Part shown: positions 38,935 to 48,569 of the stretch, piece after piece | How positions within the stretch are numbered: the stretch's first letter is position 1 | How the letters are laid out: every line of letters begins with the position of its first letter | NCBI GenBank assembly: GCA_050260395.1 | Contig: JBLNCC010000124.1 | Span: 5,997-69,996, forward strand | Direction: 5' to 3' | DNA: 64,000 bases | Origin: Betaproteobacteria bacterium | GTDB taxonomy: Bacteria > Bacillota > SHA-98 > UBA4971 | Made by a program: the position numbers and the translations under genes | Notes under the pieces: model-generated | Databases searched by the model: none | Seen by the model: the letters and a program-made list of their open reading frames with translations, nothing else | Told to the model about the DNA's origin: nothing

Positions 38935-40569
38935 TCAGCGAGAGAGATCTCCCCGCGACAGATGCGAGCCTACACCCTGACCAGGCTGACCAGGCTCCGG
39001 CCCGCGCCCAGGGATCGCATCTGACGCAAGGCTGACCTTGCACCGCTTCCAGCTGCGGTTCGGAAGATAGGCATCGGGATCAAGCAGGATGCACCTAACC
39101 GGATGTTTAGTGCATATCATGAGGACCTGGTCCCGGCCGGTGAGGGTGACCTTCTCGCGCGTCTCCCACTCACCGCCCGCGAGAAGCACGTCAGCCTGGA
39201 CGGGACCGACCGCGTCGCCCGTGTTCACAAGCGAGAATTTCGTCACAAAACCTCCCCCAGGCTTCGGAGAGCACCGCGCACCGCGGATCTCGTACGCAAA
39301 ACTCGCGGTCGTGCCGAGCCATTGCTTGATGAGACCATCCACAGGTTTGCCCGACACCCTCTCCGCGATCTTTACGAACTCCGCGAGACCGGACGGCTTC
39401 GCCCTGTACATCGCCACGTGCCGCCTGAGTGTTTCGAAAAAGGCCTCGCTTCCGAGCGTGTGGTGAACGAGCCTCAACACCAGGGCTGACCTGATACAAA
39501 CGTGCCTCGGCGCGTCGAGCACGCGGCTCCTCGCCCACGACAGCACGCTTTCCTCGCCTCCCGATCCGACAGCGGAGTCAGCCGCGTACCTGTCGATCTC
39601 CTCATGGATGAGCGCAGCGTGTGCCTCATCCCCGAGAACGCGCCCGACGGTCTCGTACGCCATCGCCCGCGCCAGCGCCTCGTGGAACCATGTATCGCCG
39701 AACCCGACAGAGATCGGGCTGCCCCACCAGATATGCGCTGTTTCGTGGGCAAGAGCCGCGACAAGCCGCACGAGGTGCTCATCCCCTGGGTACTGGCGCC
39801 TGAGCACCACGGCAAAACGCCGGGTTTCCGGCTCACCAAGCATCGATATGTACGCGTCGATGACCCCGCGGAAAAGCTCCATGACCTCGGGAGCCTGTTC
39901 CGTGAGCCGAGGGCCTAGGTAAAGGTCGAGTTGTAGGCCTTTATGCGTCGCACGCTCCAGTGTGAATCTCCCGGCCGTAAGCGCAAGCCCGGAAAGGGGC
40001 TCCCGCGTCTCCCAGACGTACACGGCCCGGCCCTCGGTCTGCGACGACGAGACGAGATCCCCATCGGTTACCCCGACCATCCCTGGGAACGTCGCGCACG
40101 ACACCCTCGCCGTGAACGAATCGAACCCCGCCCCGACTGGATACCATGCTGACCTCCGCGAGAGGCGCAGGCCGCCCTCTTCTATGCGCGCCCACCTGCC
40201 GCCCGCCGGCCGGCCGCCGTATATGAAGGTAAGTCGCGCTTCCCGTCCCTCCTCGAGAGGCTCCAGCAGATAGACCCATACAGCCTTCAGCCCAGGCGCG
40301 TCCGCGAGCTCCGTTTCGCGCGTCTCCACGCGCTCGCCGTCCATGACCACAGCGCTCACGGCAAGGCCTTTGTTCAGCACGAAACAGTGCTTCGTCACGC
40401 CGGGCGCGAGCGCCTTCAGGACGAGGACAGCAGTGGCCTCGAGCTTTCCTTGTTCGACGTCGGTCCACACAGAGATGTCGTAGCGCGTGACCGTTGCTTC
40501 GTCGCCCGAGCGGGCGAGTGAAGAAAAGAGATGCGTTCGTTTTTGCCTGGCCACCCAGCCGATGCCCAT
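38935..40569 (-). CDS. M1-family (gluzincin) metallopeptidase-like protein
   Basis: HETAHIWWG followed by E 18 residues after the second His (HExxH-X18-E). Confidence 0.55.
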   Translation of the reverse strand: MGIGWVARQKRTHLFSSLARSGDEATVTRYDISVWTDVEQGKLEATAVLVLKALAPGVTKHCFVLNKGLAVSAVVMDGERVETRETELADAPGLKAVWVYLLEPLEEGREARLTFIYGGRPAGGRWARIEEGGLRLSRRSAWYPVGAGFDSFTARVSCATFPGMVGVTDGDLVSSSQTEGRAVYVWETREPLSGLALTAGRFTLERATHKGLQLDLYLGPRLTEQAPEVMELFRGVIDAYISMLGEPETRRFAVVLRRQYPGDEHLVRLVAALAHETAHIWWGSPISVGFGDTWFHEALARAMAYETVGRVLGDEAHAALIHEEIDRYAADSAVGSGGEESVLSWARSRVLDAPRHVCIRSALVLRLVHHTLGSEAFFETLRRHVAMYRAKPSGLAEFVKIAERVSGKPVDGLIKQWLGTTASFAYEIRGARCSPKPGGGFVTKFSLVNTGDAVGPVQADVLLAGGEWETREKVTLTGRDQVLMICTKHPVRCILLDPDAYLPNRSWKRCKVSLASDAIPGRGPEPGQPGQGVGSHLSRGDLSR

Positions 40570-40607
40570 CGCCTGAACCTCACCTCCGAGTTCCGTCGGG
40601 ATCCCGC

Positions 40608-41951
40608 TTACCTTAGGTAACCATCGATGACCTCAGCCGCACGCTTCCCCTCGGCCACAGCGCGCACGACAGTGGCGCCGCCGTTCACAGCGTCGCCCCC
40701 GGCGAACACCCCTTCGACCGACGTCATCCGCGTTTCGTTCCCTACCATGATGACGCCGGCCCCCTCAACGGCAAGCCCGCTGAAAAGCTCAGCGAGCCCC
40801 GGCCACGGGGCTTGGCCAGCCGCCACGATGGCGGTAGGTACCTCGATCATATGCTCAGTCCCAGGGATCATTTCTGGCCTTCTCCGCCCGCTCGAGTCAG
40901 GCTCACCCAGGCGCGTGCGGACACACTCGATTCCCGCGAGACGTCCGTCCCGGCCGATGAACCTCACGGGGCTCGTAAGGAACTCGAACCTCACGCCTTC
41001 CGCAACCGCGAATTCATACTCCCTTTTCCAGGCGGGCATTTCCTCACGTGAACGCCGGTACAGCACCACGACCTCCGACGCGCCGCAGCGCAACGCCGAG
41101 CACGCCGCGTCCATCGCCACGTTCCCACCGCCAATGACCGCCACTTTTCCAACAAGGCTCGGGCAGTCTCCGGTGGCCGTCCTCTGCAGAAACTCGCCGG
41201 CCGGCAGAACGCCAGCGAGGTCTTCTCCCGGAATCCCGAGCAACGACTGGTAGCCCAGGCCGGGAGCGAGGAAAACCGCGTGGTACGACCCGCGGATCTC
41301 GGCTGCCGACGCGTCCTTGCCCACGCAAATCCCAGGTTTCACCTCTATGGAAGGTGATGCGAGCACGGCGACTATCTCGGCTTCGGCCACCGCGAGCGGG
41401 AGCCTGTACCGGGGTATCCCGCGGACGAGGAGCCCACCCGGTTTCTGCGCGCTCTCGTAAACCGTCACCGCGTGACCGCGTCGTGCGAGCTCGTGGGCGC
41501 ACGCGAGGCCCGCAGGACCCGACCCGATCACCGCCACCCTCCTACCGGTTGGCCCGCCCGGCCCCGGCGGCTTGATCCCTCGCTTCATCTCCTCGTCTGC
41601 GACAAACCGCTGGAGCGCAGCTATTGCTATCGGTTCGGAAAGGTTCGTGCTGGAACACCTTTTCTCGCAGAGCTCCTCAGCAGGGCATACCCTCGCGCAG
41701 ACGCCCGCGAACACGTTGGCCTCGCGTATGAGCCGCGCCGCACCGATGAAGTTCTTCGTCTTCAGCCTCCGGATGAAGCCCGGCACATCCACGCCGGCCG
41801 GGCACCCCGCGACACACGGGGCGTCGTGACAGAAAAGGCACCTTGAGGCCTCGGCGAGAGCCTCGTGAATCGGAAGCCCGCCCTGGACCTCCTCGAAGCC
41901 CGTCCTCCGCGCCTCTGGTGAAAGCTCCCTCATCCTGGCTCTAGCACCCAT
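40608..41951 (-). CDS. GltD/PreT-like NAD(P)H-dependent Fe-S flavoprotein oxidoreductase (glutamate synthase small-chain family; YgfT/YgfK-type)
   Basis: 4Fe-4S cysteines (CLFCHDAPC...CP), two Rossmann GxGxxG motifs (GSGPAG, GGGNVA). Start set at an internal Met because 41952-42185 is low-complexity and contains a repeat element. Confidence 0.7.
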   Translation of the reverse strand: MGARARMRELSPEARRTGFEEVQGGLPIHEALAEASRCLFCHDAPCVAGCPAGVDVPGFIRRLKTKNFIGAARLIREANVFAGVCARVCPAEELCEKRCSSTNLSEPIAIAALQRFVADEEMKRGIKPPGPGGPTGRRVAVIGSGPAGLACAHELARRGHAVTVYESAQKPGGLLVRGIPRYRLPLAVAEAEIVAVLASPSIEVKPGICVGKDASAAEIRGSYHAVFLAPGLGYQSLLGIPGEDLAGVLPAGEFLQRTATGDCPSLVGKVAVIGGGNVAMDAACSALRCGASEVVVLYRRSREEMPAWKREYEFAVAEGVRFEFLTSPVRFIGRDGRLAGIECVRTRLGEPDSSGRRRPEMIPGTEHMIEVPTAIVAAGQAPWPGLAELFSGLAVEGAGVIMVGNETRMTSVEGVFAGGDAVNGGATVVRAVAEGKRAAEVIDGYLR

Positions 41952-42060
41952 CCGGATGACCGCCTCCTCGCCAAAACTCCGCAGCCCGGCCCAGACCAGA
42001 CCGATACCTACCGAGTAGATCCCTACCTTACGAGACGAGCTCGCGCTGCTTTGCACCACA

Positions 42061-42178
42061 CAAGTCCTGCCTAGTGTTGCCGGTGGTTGTGCGACGGGGC
42101 GTTGAGAATTCGGCCGTCCCGCGCGCCGAATTCGAACGAGGCGCGCCGCAAGCGCGCCGTCCCCGGAGCGCAACACCG
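42061..42178. repeat. nested palindrome whose 15-bp perfect inverted arms carry the core of the 82-nt leader element (copy C)
   Basis: CTAGTGTTGCCGGTG (42061-42075) is the exact reverse complement of CACCGGCAACACTAG (42164-42178). The right arm GCGCCGTCCCCGgagcGCAACACCGGCAAC matches the A/B core. Inner palindromes are GAATTCGGC...GCCGAATTC and GGCGCGCcgcaaGCGCGCC. Confidence 0.65.
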
Positions 42179-42254
42179 GCAACACTAGCTCTCTCAGAAA
42201 GAGAAACGAAGACTCATAGCCCCATGCTCAGCCTACCGGGGCGAGCGAGCGTGC

Positions 42255-43187
42255 TCAGCGCTTGTTGTTCTTGACCTGGATCATTTGAGCCACGATGGCC
42301 ACGGCGATCTCCTGGGCCGTTTGAGCGCCTATATCAAGCCCTATCGGCGCATGCACGTACGCCACGTCGGCCTGAGAGAAGCCCTCGCCGAGGAGCGCGT
42401 CGAACGTGGCACGCACCTTCGACCGGCTCCCGATCATGCCGACGTAGCATGGGCGCGGCTCGCGCCTCAGGCACTCCGTCAGGACCCTTCGGTCATGGGC
42501 GTGGCCCCGCGTTACGATGACCACGTACGTCCCGGCGTCCATCGGTATCGCGCGGGCCGCCTCCCCAAGATCCGAGACGACAACCTCATCGGCCACGAGC
42601 TTTTCCCTGTCGGCGAACTCCGGCCGGTCATCCACAACCACGACGCTGAACCCCGCCACGGTTGCGATATGGGCTACCGCCGCGCCCACGTGCCCGGCAC
42701 CGAACACTACGACTCTCGGCCTAGGCACGATGGGCTCGATGTACACCGTAGCCGCTCCGCCGCAGATCATCCCCAGATTGTCCTGGGTGCCCGGCGCAAG
42801 CTCCACCTGGACGAGCCTCGGCCTCCCGCTTGCCAGAGCATCCTCGGCCTCACGAATGATCCTGGCCTCGAGGGCTCCTCCGCCCACCGTTCCGACGGTA
42901 GCCCCGCCCGGGAAGACCAGCATCTTGAAGCCGGGAAGCCCCGGCGATGAAGCCTCGGTGGCGATCACGGTGGCGAGCGCCGCACGACCGCCTTCATCGA
43001 TGAGGCGGGCTATCTCCCTGTAGATGGCGACGGCGTCAGCTGGCCCGGCGCCCGATGCCGATCCGCGAGGACCTGACTGGGGGGCCGACCCCACTTCGGG
43101 CCTGCATTCAGGCGCCCGCCCACTCTCCGATCCATTTGCCTGTCCCGTGTTCACTCGGAGCTCGTTCCTTTCTCCCTCTTGTTTCAC
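42255..43187 (-). CDS. XdhC/CoxI-family molybdenum-cofactor insertion chaperone
   Basis: Two-domain XdhC architecture with a Rossmann-like C-terminal domain (VVFGAGHVGAAVA). Confidence 0.75.
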   Translation of the reverse strand: MKQEGERNELRVNTGQANGSESGRAPECRPEVGSAPQSGPRGSASGAGPADAVAIYREIARLIDEGGRAALATVIATEASSPGLPGFKMLVFPGGATVGTVGGGALEARIIREAEDALASGRPRLVQVELAPGTQDNLGMICGGAATVYIEPIVPRPRVVVFGAGHVGAAVAHIATVAGFSVVVVDDRPEFADREKLVADEVVVSDLGEAARAIPMDAGTYVVIVTRGHAHDRRVLTECLRREPRPCYVGMIGSRSKVRATFDALLGEGFSQADVAYVHAPIGLDIGAQTAQEIAVAIVAQMIQVKNNKR

Positions 43188-43199
43188 TTAACGGATTCA

Positions 43200-43823
43200 T
43201 CAGAAAATCCGCGTCTTCCTAATCTCCAAGGCCCGCTCGTAGTCCTCCGCCGTATCAAGGTCCGCGACCATCCCTGGCCTATCCAGCTCCACGCGGAGGA
43301 CCCGGCCTTCATGCCGCGCGATGAGGTCGAGAAGACCGCGCCCATCGTACGGCAGGTCCAGCACCTCGCGCCTCACGTCGGCTGCGAAAAGAGTCGGGTG
43401 ACCGCCGCGCCCGCGGCACGTGGGTATGACGATATCCACCTGAGGCCGCGCGCGCCGGTACGCCTGCACAACCAGACGGTAATCCTCAGCGGAGACGCCG
43501 GCCTGGTCCGCGGGAGCGACGAGGAACGCCTCGATCCCATCAGCCAGCGCGCGAACCCCGGTCTTGACTGAGGAGAGCATCCCAAGGTGGTAATCGGCGT
43601 TCACGACCACGCGCATCCTCGGGCGCGGGCGCGATGTGAGCGCCGACGCCACTGCCTGGGCTTCGTGACCGAGCACCACCACGACCTCGGAAACGTCCGC
43701 GGCGTCGAGGGCCGCGTCAACCGCGGCTTCCACTACAGTCCGGTCGCCCCAGGGCAGGGTCTGTTTGAGCCTTCCCATCCTTCGCGACTCGCCCGCCGCC
43801 AGGATCACCGCACCGCAGCTCAT
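43200..43823 (-). CDS. MobA-like NTP transferase (molybdenum cofactor cytidylyl/guanylyltransferase, MocA/YgfJ-type)
   Basis: N-terminal AVILAAGESRRMGRLKQ. Confidence 0.75.
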   Translation of the reverse strand: MSCGAVILAAGESRRMGRLKQTLPWGDRTVVEAAVDAALDAADVSEVVVVLGHEAQAVASALTSRPRPRMRVVVNADYHLGMLSSVKTGVRALADGIEAFLVAPADQAGVSAEDYRLVVQAYRRARPQVDIVIPTCRGRGGHPTLFAADVRREVLDLPYDGRGLLDLIARHEGRVLRVELDRPGMVADLDTAEDYERALEIRKTRIF

Positions 43824-44347
43824 CTTGGCTCAGGGCCGGCGCCGCCCTTTTCTTCCCCGAACGCACCCGGGCTTCCGGAACCCCCGCCGCGCCCCGCCTC
43901 CCGGAGAGCCGCCGCCGCTCTCTCGATCGCCTTCACTATCTTGGCATATCCAGTGCACCTGCAGAGGTTGCCTGATATCGCTCGCCTGATCTCGTCCTTG
44001 GTCGGCGAGGGCTCGGCATCCAGTAACGCTTTTGCTGACATGATCATCCCTGGGATGCAAAACCCGCACTGCACGGCGCCTTCGGCGACGAACGCCTCCT
44101 GGATCGGGTGAAGCTTGCCGTCGCGCTCGAGGCCTTCCACGGTCACGACGTCCTTCCCGTCCGCCTGATATGCCAGCATAAGGCAGGAGTTGACAGGCCT
44201 CCCGTCCACGAGCACCGTGCACGCGCCGCACTCGCCCTTGCCGCACCCTTCCTTCGTGCCGGTGAGGCCGAGGTCATCACGCAGAAACTCGAGCAGGGTC
44301 CGCGTCGCGGGGATATCGGCCGTGACCAGGCGACCGTTCACGCGCAC
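43820..44347 (-). CDS. xanthine dehydrogenase-family [2Fe-2S] small subunit (second copy)
   Basis: GCGKGECGACTV. Start set at GTG after GAGG (M-RVNGRLV); ORF is open back to 44455. Confidence 0.75.
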   Translation of the reverse strand: MRVNGRLVTADIPATRTLLEFLRDDLGLTGTKEGCGKGECGACTVLVDGRPVNSCLMLAYQADGKDVVTVEGLERDGKLHPIQEAFVAEGAVQCGFCIPGMIMSAKALLDAEPSPTKDEIRRAISGNLCRCTGYAKIVKAIERAAAALREAGRGGGSGSPGAFGEEKGGAGPEPR

Positions 44348-44623
44348 GTTCACCTCGAGCGTCGTCCTCGGCCCGAGAGCGGGCCTCTCTCCCGGCCCCC
44401 GCGCATCCCCCGCATCATCGCGATGGCCGACCGCATCACAACGCACACCCGCCACTCGACATCACCGACCCTTCATGAATCATTGCCGTGCAGTGCCAAG
44501 CCTTATGGCCGCCCCCGGGGCACCAGGCCAAGCCTTGGTAGATCGCCGGAAGCTCGCGCCGCTTTTCAGCATATGAGCTGCGCCCTGCTCGAACCTGTCA
44601 GGTGCGAGCGCTCACGGGCACCC

Positions 44624-45616
44624 TCATGGCCGCCCGCCCATGCAAAGCGTAAGGAGCGCCTTCTGCACGTGCAGCCTGTTCTCGGCCTCGTCGAAGACCA
44701 CCGAGTGCGGCCCGTCCATCACCTCGTCGGTGACCTCGTAGCCACGGTCGGCCGGCAAGCAGTGCATGTAGATGGAGTCCGGGGCCGTGAGCTTCATGCG
44801 CCTCTCATCGCATATCCAGTCTGTGTACTTCTTTGCGATTGCCATTGACTCATCCTTGTCCTGGGTGGTCATGAGCGCTCCCCAGCTCTTCGGGTAGACT
44901 ACGTGCGCCCCCTCGAAGGCCGCGTCCATGTCGTGGACCACTTCGAATTTCACTCCTGCCTGCCGGGCGTTTTCCTCGGCCTGCTTCATGATCTCCGGCA
45001 TCAGCCTGAACTCGGGCGGGTGAGCAAGAGTCACATCCATCCCGAACCGGGTCATGAGAAGGATGAGCGATTGCGGGACCGACATGGGCTTCATGTAGCT
45101 CGGAGCGTAAGCCCACGAGACCACGAATTTGCGCCCCCGAAGCTCGCCCGCGAACTTCTCCCTTATCGTCATGAGATCACCGAGCGCCTGGCACGGATGG
45201 TACAGGTCGCACTGCATGTTGAAGACGGGAACGCTCGACCACTTGGCGACCTCGCGTATGTACTTGTTGCCTATTCCAAAGAAGCAGTTTCGAATGGCGA
45301 TGCCGTGGCCATACCTGCTGAGGACCATCGCCGTGTCCTCCGCAGCCTCTCCGTGGCTTATCTGCAGCTTGTCGGGGGTGAGATCGTGAGCATGCCCGCC
45401 GAGCTGCGTCATGCCGGCCTCGAAGGAGTTCCGGGTCCTCGTGGACTGCTCGAAGAACATCATGAAAAGGGTCTTGTCTTGCAGGTAACGATGGGGAACC
45501 CCCATGGCGAAGAGCTTCTTGAGGTCCCAGGCGACGTCCAGGACCATCTCCAGCTCTTCCCTCGTCCACTCCTGCGTGGTGATAAAGTGTTTGCCGCGCA
45601 ATAGAGAATGCACCAT
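44624..45616 (-). CDS. carbamoyltransferase of the OTC/ATC superfamily (YgeW-like; candidate oxamate/ornithine-type catabolic transcarbamylase)
   Basis: STRTR carbamoyl-phosphate motif, HPCQ, HCLP. Confidence 0.7.
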   Translation of the reverse strand: MVHSLLRGKHFITTQEWTREELEMVLDVAWDLKKLFAMGVPHRYLQDKTLFMMFFEQSTRTRNSFEAGMTQLGGHAHDLTPDKLQISHGEAAEDTAMVLSRYGHGIAIRNCFFGIGNKYIREVAKWSSVPVFNMQCDLYHPCQALGDLMTIREKFAGELRGRKFVVSWAYAPSYMKPMSVPQSLILLMTRFGMDVTLAHPPEFRLMPEIMKQAEENARQAGVKFEVVHDMDAAFEGAHVVYPKSWGALMTTQDKDESMAIAKKYTDWICDERRMKLTAPDSIYMHCLPADRGYEVTDEVMDGPHSVVFDEAENRLHVQKALLTLCMGGRP

Positions 45617-45695
45617 GCATTCCTCCTCTTCTACCGTTTGCCCCTTCCAATGGGGCGGGCCAATCGGGACGGTCCTTCTCTAGAAGGATTTCTAA

Positions 45696-45777
45696 GTGAG
45701 GGTGCGTTAGTCCTTCCCCCATTTCCAGTAGTTGCCGGGTTGCCGGTGTTGCACTCGGGGACGGCGCCCCAAGCGGG
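45696..45777 (-). promoter_or_regulatory. conserved 82-nt leader element, copy B, 80 nt upstream of the carbamoyltransferase start
   Basis: 89% identical to 9741..9822 in the same orientation relative to its downstream gene. Confidence 0.6.
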
Positions 45778-45788
45778 GCGCGCTTCGC

Positions 45789-45824
45789 CAAAATCCGGCC
45801 CATCAGGCCAGTGGCCGGATTTTG
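45789..45824 (-). terminator. intrinsic terminator candidate after the M20 peptidase gene (AAAAUCCGGCC...GGCCGGAUUUU)
   Basis: 11-bp perfect stem flanked by an A-tract and a U-tract. Confidence 0.5.
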
Positions 45825-45885
45825 ACACCCTCCTGCAATCACCGGCAGCCCCTCCCAAAAGTCGGGAGGATTTCTGCACCCCCGT

Positions 45886-47124
45886 TTAGAAGGATCGCTC
45901 CGTTACCTGCCTGTACACCGTCGGAAACAGAGCATAGAACATGGCAGACCTCACGAGATGCTCCACGCTTACTTGATCGTCCACGGAGTGAGAGTGCCTC
46001 TCCTCGCCCGGCCCGAACCCGATTGTAGGGATGCCGAGCCTCCCCATGGTGGCGGTGCCGTCGGTCGAAAACACCCATTTGCTCGTGCGGGGCTTTTCGC
46101 CGAAGAGCGACTCAGCGCACTTCACGCCCGCCTGCACCAGAGGGTGGTCCTCCTCCAGGACCCACGTGGGGAAATACTTCTCCCAGCTCCGCCTGTATCC
46201 TGTGTAGCTCGGCGAATCGTACGTGAGCAGGCCCACATCCGCGTCTTCGGCCCCGGGCAGCGACCGGATCTCCTCGATGGATGACTCGGTGGTCTCGCCC
46301 ACTGTCATCCGTCTGTCCACGTAGATCGTGCACTCATCTGGCACGACGTTGAGCGAGCCGGTCTTGCACTCGATGGACGTCACGGCGATGGTCCCGCGCC
46401 CAAGGAACGGGTCGTCTTTGAGCCTGCCATTGAGATCCTCGATGCCCGCCACTATAGGCACCATCTTGTAGATGGCGTTCACCCCGCGCGCGGGAGCGCT
46501 CGCGTGGCACGACACGCCCTTCGTGGTCACTTTGATTTCACACCGGCCGCGATGCCCGCGGTTTATCTGCAGGCTGGTGCACTCGCCAAGCACCACGCAC
46601 TCCGGTTGAATCCCTTGAGTGGTGATCATCTCGTGGACGGCCCACCCGTCGCAGTCCTCTTCTTGCACCACTCCGGCGACGTGCAAGGTGACGTCGTCGG
46701 GAAGGAGTCTCAGGTCTGTCATGACGCGCGCGCCCCACACCATGCAGGCGATGGCAGCCTTGTTGTCAGACGCGCCGCGTCCGTATACAACGCCGTTTTC
46801 ATACTTGCCCTGGAACGGGTCCCACTTCCACGCGGCGCGGTCTCCCACGCCCACCGTATCGATGTGCGAGTCGTACAGGATCTTGCGACGCCCCGACCCC
46901 ATCGTGCCGATGACGTTGCCGATGGCGTCCACCTTCACGTCATCGAACCCGGCCCTTTCCATCTCAAGTCGGATCCGGCAGATACACTCGCCTTCATTCG
47001 TGCTGGTGCTCGGTATCGCGATTAGCTCTCGAAGAAACGTGACGATGTTCTCCCTGTATCCCTCCACAGCCTCCCTTATCTTCGTAGCTTGTTCCCTGTC
47101 CGCGCTGGCGCCGCCCAAACTCAT
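45886..47124 (-). CDS. M20-family peptidase/amidohydrolase (YgeY-like; ArgE/DapE/ACY1 family)
   Basis: HIDTVGVGD, GASDNKAA, and the E-E and H metal ligands typical of M20 dimetallohydrolases. Confidence 0.75.
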   Translation of the reverse strand: MSLGGASADREQATKIREAVEGYRENIVTFLRELIAIPSTSTNEGECICRIRLEMERAGFDDVKVDAIGNVIGTMGSGRRKILYDSHIDTVGVGDRAAWKWDPFQGKYENGVVYGRGASDNKAAIACMVWGARVMTDLRLLPDDVTLHVAGVVQEEDCDGWAVHEMITTQGIQPECVVLGECTSLQINRGHRGRCEIKVTTKGVSCHASAPARGVNAIYKMVPIVAGIEDLNGRLKDDPFLGRGTIAVTSIECKTGSLNVVPDECTIYVDRRMTVGETTESSIEEIRSLPGAEDADVGLLTYDSPSYTGYRRSWEKYFPTWVLEEDHPLVQAGVKCAESLFGEKPRTSKWVFSTDGTATMGRLGIPTIGFGPGEERHSHSVDDQVSVEHLVRSAMFYALFPTVYRQVTERSF

Positions 47125-48509
47125 CCCTCCTCCGCCCTTCGCTCCCCAGGCGCGGCCGTAACGAACCGGCCCCAACCGGGAGCTCCAACGAACTGATCAT
47201 TCCTGCACACGACCCTGCCTCGAACCATCGCCATTCTGGGCCAGCCCTGTACCCTCCTTCCCTCATAAGGCGTGTATCCCGCCTTTGAGTGAAGCTCCGG
47301 CGCGCTGATCGTGCGGACGCACCCGGGGTCGAATATCACGATGTCCGCGTCAGAGCCCGGGGCGATCGTCCCTTTCCTCGGAAACAGCCCGAACAGCCTC
47401 GCCGGGTTGTATGAAAGCATCCTCACCATGTCGCGGAGGCTCATGCCCCGGCGCACAACCCCCTCGTGATGAACAAGAGGCAGCAACGTCTCGACTCCAG
47501 GGATTCCGGGAAGCACATCGAAGCACGTCTCGCCGAAGGCCTTCTGGTCCCGCGTGAACGCGCAATGATCGGTGGCGATGACGTCGATCTCGCCGCCAAG
47601 AACGGCGTCCCAGAGCGCAGCTGTATCCGCCGCTTTTCGGAGCGGTGGCGTCATGATCAGCTCACGCGCCATGTCGCCTGAGTATTGCTCGGACGTAAGC
47701 AGAAGGTAATGGGGGCACGTCTCCGCGTATACCGTGTATCCCAATCGCCGAGCCTCACGAACCGCGTGGAGGCCGGCCGCGCTGGACACGTGGACGAAGT
47801 ACACGGGAATCCCGAGGGCGCCGAGGCTCGCGGCCACTTTCCTTATGGCTGCCGCCTCGGCCTCCGACGGGCGGGACTCGGCGTGGTGCGCGGGCGATGT
47901 CCTGCCTTCCGCCCGGAGCGCGGACTCGATCGCCTCCACGGTATCATTGTCCTCGGCGTGAACCGTCACCAGGAGCCCGGCGTTCTTCGCCGCCTCGGAC
48001 ACCGCCAGGAAGTCCGCGTCATCAAGGAGGTAACCCGCGGCACGGTAAGTCGTGAAGAGCTTGACCGCCCCGATGCCCATGCGGGCGAGCGCCGCGGCCT
48101 CGGCCTCGATGTCGGAGGGCACGTTCGTGATGGTCATGTGCAGGGCGAAGTCCACCGACGCCACGGCCGCCGCCTCGTCGATACGCGCCCGGGCGGCGCC
48201 TGCCATCGAAGCCCCTGCAACCTGGTCGGCGAAGTCGATGACGCAGGTCACGCCGCCGGACGCTGCCGAACGCATGCCCGACGCGAAGTCGTCGGCAGTA
48301 ACCGTCCCACGAGAGCGGAGGGCGAAATGGGTGTGCGCGTCTATGACCCCGGGGAGCACGTAACTGCCCGACGCGTCGAGGACCACGGCCTCCGGTGTCC
48401 GGGGCAAACCCTCGCCCACCGAGACGATCTTGCCTCCGTCCACCGCCACATCCGCGCGGAACTCCCCTTCGGCGGTCACCACGAGTCCCCCCACGATGAG
48501 GAAGTCCAT
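47121..48509 (-). CDS. D-hydantoinase/dihydropyrimidinase (cyclic amidohydrolase)
   Basis: VLPGVIDAHTHF, carboxylated-Lys region, 462 aa. Confidence 0.8.
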   Translation of the reverse strand: MDFLIVGGLVVTAEGEFRADVAVDGGKIVSVGEGLPRTPEAVVLDASGSYVLPGVIDAHTHFALRSRGTVTADDFASGMRSAASGGVTCVIDFADQVAGASMAGAARARIDEAAAVASVDFALHMTITNVPSDIEAEAAALARMGIGAVKLFTTYRAAGYLLDDADFLAVSEAAKNAGLLVTVHAEDNDTVEAIESALRAEGRTSPAHHAESRPSEAEAAAIRKVAASLGALGIPVYFVHVSSAAGLHAVREARRLGYTVYAETCPHYLLLTSEQYSGDMARELIMTPPLRKAADTAALWDAVLGGEIDVIATDHCAFTRDQKAFGETCFDVLPGIPGVETLLPLVHHEGVVRRGMSLRDMVRMLSYNPARLFGLFPRKGTIAPGSDADIVIFDPGCVRTISAPELHSKAGYTPYEGRRVQGWPRMAMVRGRVVCRNDQFVGAPGWGRFVTAAPGERRAEEG

Positions 48510-48569
48510 ATCGACCCCTCCCTTTCCCCGGCGCCTCCGTCTCTCGCCGGGCGCATGTTCGGCGGCGCG

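Noticed and set aside
41952-42185. N-terminal 78 codons of the 40608..42185 ORF
   Set aside because: Low-complexity Ala/Arg/Pro translation that contains the nested palindrome. The conserved GltD-like domain begins after the internal Met.
44483-44500. Sigma-54-like TTGGCACtgcacGGCAA in the leader of the second 2Fe-2S gene
   Set aside because: The -12 element is GGCA not TTGC, and the GC dinucleotide is displaced by one position. Too weak without an adjacent activator.
44540-44575. Second purine-riboswitch-like fragment (CUCAUAU ... GAUCUACC) downstream of the carbamoyltransferase
   Set aside because: No matching 3' P1 strand. J2/3 deviates (CGAUCUACC) and the CUCAUAU is better explained by a local CAGC-UCAUAU-GCUG hairpin.
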